From an uncultured Alphaproteobacteria bacterium (GTDB lineage: Bacteria; Pseudomonadota; Alphaproteobacteria; CAAHEQ01; UBA3637), in the NCBI GenBank assembly GCA_934216505.1, contig CAKQBW010000002.1:9082-73081 (forward strand): a DNA stretch of 64,000 nucleotides, given 5' to 3'. The position numbers were made by a program, and so were the translations under genes. Positions 60,291 to 64,000 of this stretch are shown piece after piece. The notes under the pieces are model-generated. The model made no database searches. It was not told the DNA's origin and saw nothing but the letters and a program-made list of their open reading frames with translations. Position 1 is the stretch's first letter, and every line of letters begins with the position of its first letter.

Positions 60291-60797
60291 TTGATATTTC
60301 GTTTTATTTAGGCGAATCAGTTTATTTTTTCCCACTTTGTGATTTAAAGCATATAAGTGCGTAGAGAAAGTGTGTGTGTTGATGTTTTCGTTATAGTGCC
60401 ACACTTGCGATAAGATTTGTTCTTTGGTGGCTTGGTGGTGGGGTTGATTTTGTAAATAGTCAATCAGTTCGGCTTCTTTTTGGGTCAGTGTATAGGCCTT
60501 TTTGTTTTTTTTATCCGTTAAAGTTTTTAGATGAGAAGTCCAATAAAAATGTGTGAGTTCAATGGGTTTTTGGGTGGCCTTTGTCAGGGCTTGTTCTAAA
60601 TCCGCCAAAGAAAAAGGAAAAGACAAATCTCCTTTTTCCCCCAAATAAAGAACGGGGATAGAGGGGCTTTTTTCATGGGGATTGTCTGTCAAAAGGATTT
60701 CAAAGGGGATTCCTTTTTGATAAGGTCTTATTTTTCCCGCATATAAACGGCATAAATTTTGCTCTAACAAGATGTTTTTTGTCTTTATCCCAATCAT
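60282..60797 (-). CDS. Atypical OmpR-family winged-helix transcription factor with degenerate receiver
   Basis: C-terminal trans_reg_C motif (LTQKEAELIDYLQ...ILSQVW...HTFSTHLYALNHKV); the short N-terminal domain lacks the receiver aspartate set. Confidence 0.55.
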   Translation of the reverse strand: MIGIKTKNILLEQNLCRLYAGKIRPYQKGIPFEILLTDNPHEKSPSIPVLYLGEKGDLSFPFSLADLEQALTKATQKPIELTHFYWTSHLKTLTDKKNKKAYTLTQKEAELIDYLQNQPHHQATKEQILSQVWHYNENINTHTFSTHLYALNHKVGKNKLIRLNKTKYQLF

Positions 60798-60864
60798 GTC
60801 TTGCCTTTTGTTTAAAAAAAAGATATGCTAATGACAAAATTATTTTAACAGAAAGTTCAATAAA

Positions 60865-62130
60865 ATGATACTTTTATTTTTGTATCAGCTACTTTTTATC
60901 TTGATAATGCCCCTGTGGTTGGTGATTTTTGGATTTCGCTTAATGAAGGGGAAAGAGGACAAAAAGCGTTTTAAGGAACGGTTCGGATTTGCAGGGCGGA
61001 TGCGTCCCAAAGGAGACTTGATTTGGATGCATGGCGCCAGTGTGGGCGAATGTTTGTCTATGTTGAGTTTGATTCAAAAGTTGTTGGAAAATAATCCCCA
61101 CCTGTCTATTATGGTGACCAGTGGGACCACGACTTCGGCGGCGTTGATGCAAAGAAGACTTCCCGAACGGGCCTTTCATCATTATTTGCCGCTAGATGCC
61201 CCAGGCTTCACACGGCGGTTGATTCGCTTTTTTAAACCGAAAGCCGTTTTGTGGTTTGAATCAGAATTTTGGCCCACCACTTTGGCGGCGTTTCAACAGG
61301 AAAAAGTCCCCCTTGTTTTGTTAAATGGGCGGGTGTCAGATAGGTCTTTTGTCCGATGGCAAAAACACCCCTTCATTATTCGTCAGATGTTGTCGTGCTT
61401 TAGTGCGGTTTTGGGGCAATCAGAAGAAGATCGGCGGCGTTTGGAAGTGTTAGGGGGAGCGGCGCCTGCTTGTGTGGGGAATCTGAAATGTGCCGCTACA
61501 GCCAGTCCTTTTGACGCCAAAGAATTAACAAGTCTCCTTGTCCAAATCGGGGTGCGGCCCGCTTGGGTGATGGCCTCTACCCATGGGCCCGAGGAAGAAA
61601 TGATGGTGCAAACGATGACGCAATTACGGGAAAAGTTTCCCCAGATGATAACCATTTGTGCGCCCCGCCACCCTCAACGGGCCACAGAGTTAGTGAAAAT
61701 GTTTTCGGCCAAAGGATTTCAGGTCGCGCGCCGTTCTTTGGGGCAAGAAATTCACCCTGAAACAGAGGTCTATTTGGCGGATACTTTGGGGGAAATGGGA
61801 TTGATTTACCAACTGGCGCCTGTTGTGTTTGTAGGGGGGAGTTTGATTCCCTTTGGGGGGCAAAATATGTTGGAGCCGATGTATTGGTCCCGTGTGGTGT
61901 TAGTGGGGCCTCATACGCAAAACTTCCGTGCTTTTATGAAAAAGGGTAAAGAAAATCAGACGGTAATTGAGGTGCCCGATGCCACGGCTTTGGCACAACA
62001 AATTGCTTTTTATTGGACGCATGAAGCCGAACAACAGGCGATGCGTCAGCGGGCCCATGAAATGGCTGTTTCAGAAATGGCGGTGTTGGACCGTGTCGTT
62101 CATTATTTAAAAGAAAGGGGGATTGAATAA
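60865..62130 (+). CDS. waaA: 3-deoxy-D-manno-octulosonic acid (Kdo) transferase
   Basis: 421-aa GT30 family; N-terminal anchor then a family-typical glycosyltransferase segment (GASVGE). Confidence 0.85.
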   Translation: MILLFLYQLLFILIMPLWLVIFGFRLMKGKEDKKRFKERFGFAGRMRPKGDLIWMHGASVGECLSMLSLIQKLLENNPHLSIMVTSGTTTSAALMQRRLPERAFHHYLPLDAPGFTRRLIRFFKPKAVLWFESEFWPTTLAAFQQEKVPLVLLNGRVSDRSFVRWQKHPFIIRQMLSCFSAVLGQSEEDRRRLEVLGGAAPACVGNLKCAATASPFDAKELTSLLVQIGVRPAWVMASTHGPEEEMMVQTMTQLREKFPQMITICAPRHPQRATELVKMFSAKGFQVARRSLGQEIHPETEVYLADTLGEMGLIYQLAPVVFVGGSLIPFGGQNMLEPMYWSRVVLVGPHTQNFRAFMKKGKENQTVIEVPDATALAQQIAFYWTHEAEQQAMRQRAHEMAVSEMAVLDRVVHYLKERGIE

Positions 62131-63104
62131 TGCGTGCCCCAAAATTTTGGCAAGATAAAAATTCAAAGTTAGCGTTGATGTTAAATCCTTTGGGGCTAAT
62201 TTATGCTTATTTTTCTGCCCGAAGATTGAAAAAAAATCATCCCTATCAATCAAAAATGCCTGTCTTGTGTGTCGGAAATTTATCCGTGGGGGGCGTGGGG
62301 AAAACGCCTGTTTGTTTAGCGTTGGGGGCTTTTTTACGCCAACAAGGAAAGAGATTTTATTATTTGAATCATGGGTATAAAGCCCGCCAACAAAGTGTGT
62401 TGGTGGATATGGCGGTTCATACAGCGTTAGAAGTGGGCGATGAAGCGTTGTTGTTGGCCCAAAAAGCCCCCACAATTGTGGATAGTGCCCGAGCCCGAGG
62501 GGCGCAGTTGGCCGAAAATTTAGGGGCGGATTGTTTAATTATGGACGATGGTTTTCAAAATCCCAGTTTAGTAAAGACCTTTTCGTTTGTGGTGGTTGAT
62601 GGGCGTTTGGGATTTGGGAATGAACGGGTTTTACCTGCGGGACCTTTGCGTGAGCCTGTTTTAAGGGGATTAAAGCGGGCGGATGCGCTTATTTTGGTGG
62701 GGCAAGATACTTGGGGCGTTCGGGATTATTTGAAAGAAAACAAAGTGGATTTACCGCTTTTAACGGGGGCTTTTTATCCTGATCAAGCCTCGTTAAAGGT
62801 CTTTGAAAAAGCCCCTCGTATTGGGGCTTTTGCGGGCATTGGACACCCCGAAAAATTTTTCCAGATGTTGAAAAACAGCGGGCTTTTGTTGCGGGTGGAA
62901 AAATCTTTTCCAGACCATTATTTTTATACGTGCTTTGATATTGATTCTTTGAAAAAAGAATATCCAGATTATGTTTGGGCGACAACCTGTAAAGATTGGG
63001 TGAAACTCCCCCCTGAATCCTGTCATCAAATTCATGCGGTATCGGGGGAATTTCGGTTTGATGAGCCCGAAAAATTACGACACTTATTGGGGGAAATTTT
63101 GTGA
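62130..63104 (+). CDS. lpxK: Tetraacyldisaccharide 4'-kinase
   Basis: P-loop GNLSVGGVGKTP; 324 aa; waaA-lpxK synteny. Confidence 0.85.
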   Translation: MRAPKFWQDKNSKLALMLNPLGLIYAYFSARRLKKNHPYQSKMPVLCVGNLSVGGVGKTPVCLALGAFLRQQGKRFYYLNHGYKARQQSVLVDMAVHTALEVGDEALLLAQKAPTIVDSARARGAQLAENLGADCLIMDDGFQNPSLVKTFSFVVVDGRLGFGNERVLPAGPLREPVLRGLKRADALILVGQDTWGVRDYLKENKVDLPLLTGAFYPDQASLKVFEKAPRIGAFAGIGHPEKFFQMLKNSGLLLRVEKSFPDHYFYTCFDIDSLKKEYPDYVWATTCKDWVKLPPESCHQIHAVSGEFRFDEPEKLRHLLGEIL

Positions 63105-64000
63105 TGAAAAAGATAGCCCAAGGCGAACATACTTTTGCACAGCGATGGCTGATAGATCCTGTCGTGGGCCTTTTGGTGGGAAGCGTGTTGTTTTTGTTTT
63201 GGATGATGCCTTTACCAATGGCCCGCTGTGTGGGGCGTTTTTTGGGGAAAATTGTGGGAAAATTAAATCCCAAACGCAATGGGTGGGCGTTGTTTAATTT
63301 GCATATTGCTTTTCCAAAAAATACGCAAGCACAAAATCAAAAAATTTTGACCCAAATGTGGGCGCATTTTGGGCAAGTGGCGGCCGAATTACCCCATTTA
63401 AAAAGGGTCTTACGGGAATCAAAGTGTCATCATATTGGCTATTTAAAGCAGGCCTATCAAGCGGGGCGAGGGGGCTTTGTTTGTTCGGCGCACTTTGGAA
63501 ATTGGGAGGTCCCCTTTGGACGCCAAGTGGCTCCTGACTTTGTGTTGAATCCTGTGTTCAGAAAAGCAAATAATGTGTTTTTAAATTGGTTGTTATTTCA
63601 TCATCGTCAAGGGGTGAAGATTCCCAAAGGTCCCAGCGGGGCTCGAACAATGATTGATTTATTAAAAAAGGGAAAGTTTATTTCTATTTTATGCGACCAA
63701 AAGTTTCGGGAAGGAATGACGGTGCCTTTCTATGGAATGCCGGCGCAAACAGCGACCGCTATGACGAAGTTAGCTTTGAAAATGAATCTGCCGATTTTAA
63801 TGGCCAAATGCGTTTTTCAAAAAGACCATTATGAAATTGAAATTTTTAAGCCGTTGGTGTTGCCTCAAGCGTCTTCCCGTGAGGAGGCCGAATATCAGTT
63901 GATGTTAAAAATCAACCAAATTTATGAGCAATGGTTTCGTCAAAATCCCGAACAAGTGCTCTGGGTTCATCGGCGGTATAATAAGCATATTTACCCCAAA
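63104..64000 (+). CDS. lpxL: Lipid A biosynthesis lauroyl/myristoyl acyltransferase (LpxL/HtrB family), truncated at window end
   Basis: Start ATG overlaps the lpxK stop (TGATG); motif CSAHFGNWEV; my hand translation is open to the window end. Confidence 0.75.
   Translation, partial: MKKIAQGEHTFAQRWLIDPVVGLLVGSVLFLFWMMPLPMARCVGRFLGKIVGKLNPKRNGWALFNLHIAFPKNTQAQNQKILTQMWAHFGQVAAELPHLKRVLRESKCHHIGYLKQAYQAGRGGFVCSAHFGNWEVPFGRQVAPDFVLNPVFRKANNVFLNWLLFHHRQGVKIPKGPSGARTMIDLLKKGKFISILCDQKFREGMTVPFYGMPAQTATAMTKLALKMNLPILMAKCVFQKDHYEIEIFKPLVLPQASSREEAEYQLMLKINQIYEQWFRQNPEQVLWVHRRYNKHIYPK

Noticed and set aside
1-64000. tRNA, rRNA, CRISPR, transposase and integrase scan
   Set aside because: I recognised no T-loop/acceptor pattern, no repeat-spacer array and no transposase or integrase-like ORF in the intergenic regions or ORF set. 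A tRNAscan would be needed to exclude tRNAs formally.

Overview
This is a gene-dense window of about 42-45% GC that reads like an alphaproteobacterial chromosome. The gene order and the scattered rvh-like type IV secretion genes suggest a Rickettsiales- or Holosporales-like intracellular bacterium, but that is inference from gene content only. Most of the window is housekeeping: gatCAB, mutS, miaA, lptE-holA, rsmG-parA-parB with three perfect parS centromere sites, dnaQ, map, radC, lepA, rnpB (RNase P RNA with a textbook sigma70 promoter and terminator), rlmH, cdd, cvpA, radA, mlaEF-like, gpmI, envC-like M23 peptidase, ctpA, rppH, grpE, rph, murI, rnr, hda, ftsK, lolA, waaA, lpxK and lpxL. Type IV secretion components are split across two places: an orphan VirD4 coupling-protein locus at the left edge (RHH protein, novel membrane protein, VirD4, unknown overlapping ORF) and a virB3-virB4 pair directly downstream of gatCAB. 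The less ordinary items are a three-gene operon encoding a coiled-coil membrane protein coupled to mazE-mazF behind a cluster of GTAATTAC palindromes, a 1140-aa LplT-acyltransferase-acyl-ACP-synthetase fusion, a yifB-coupled membrane-anchored protein with PAS-like repeats and no output domain, an AT-rich 338-aa orphan gene, a standalone EAL phosphodiesterase, a proline-rich secreted peptide, and a secreted ankyrin-like protein next to a degenerate OmpR-type regulator. No CRISPR array, transposase, integrase or tRNA gene was recognised.
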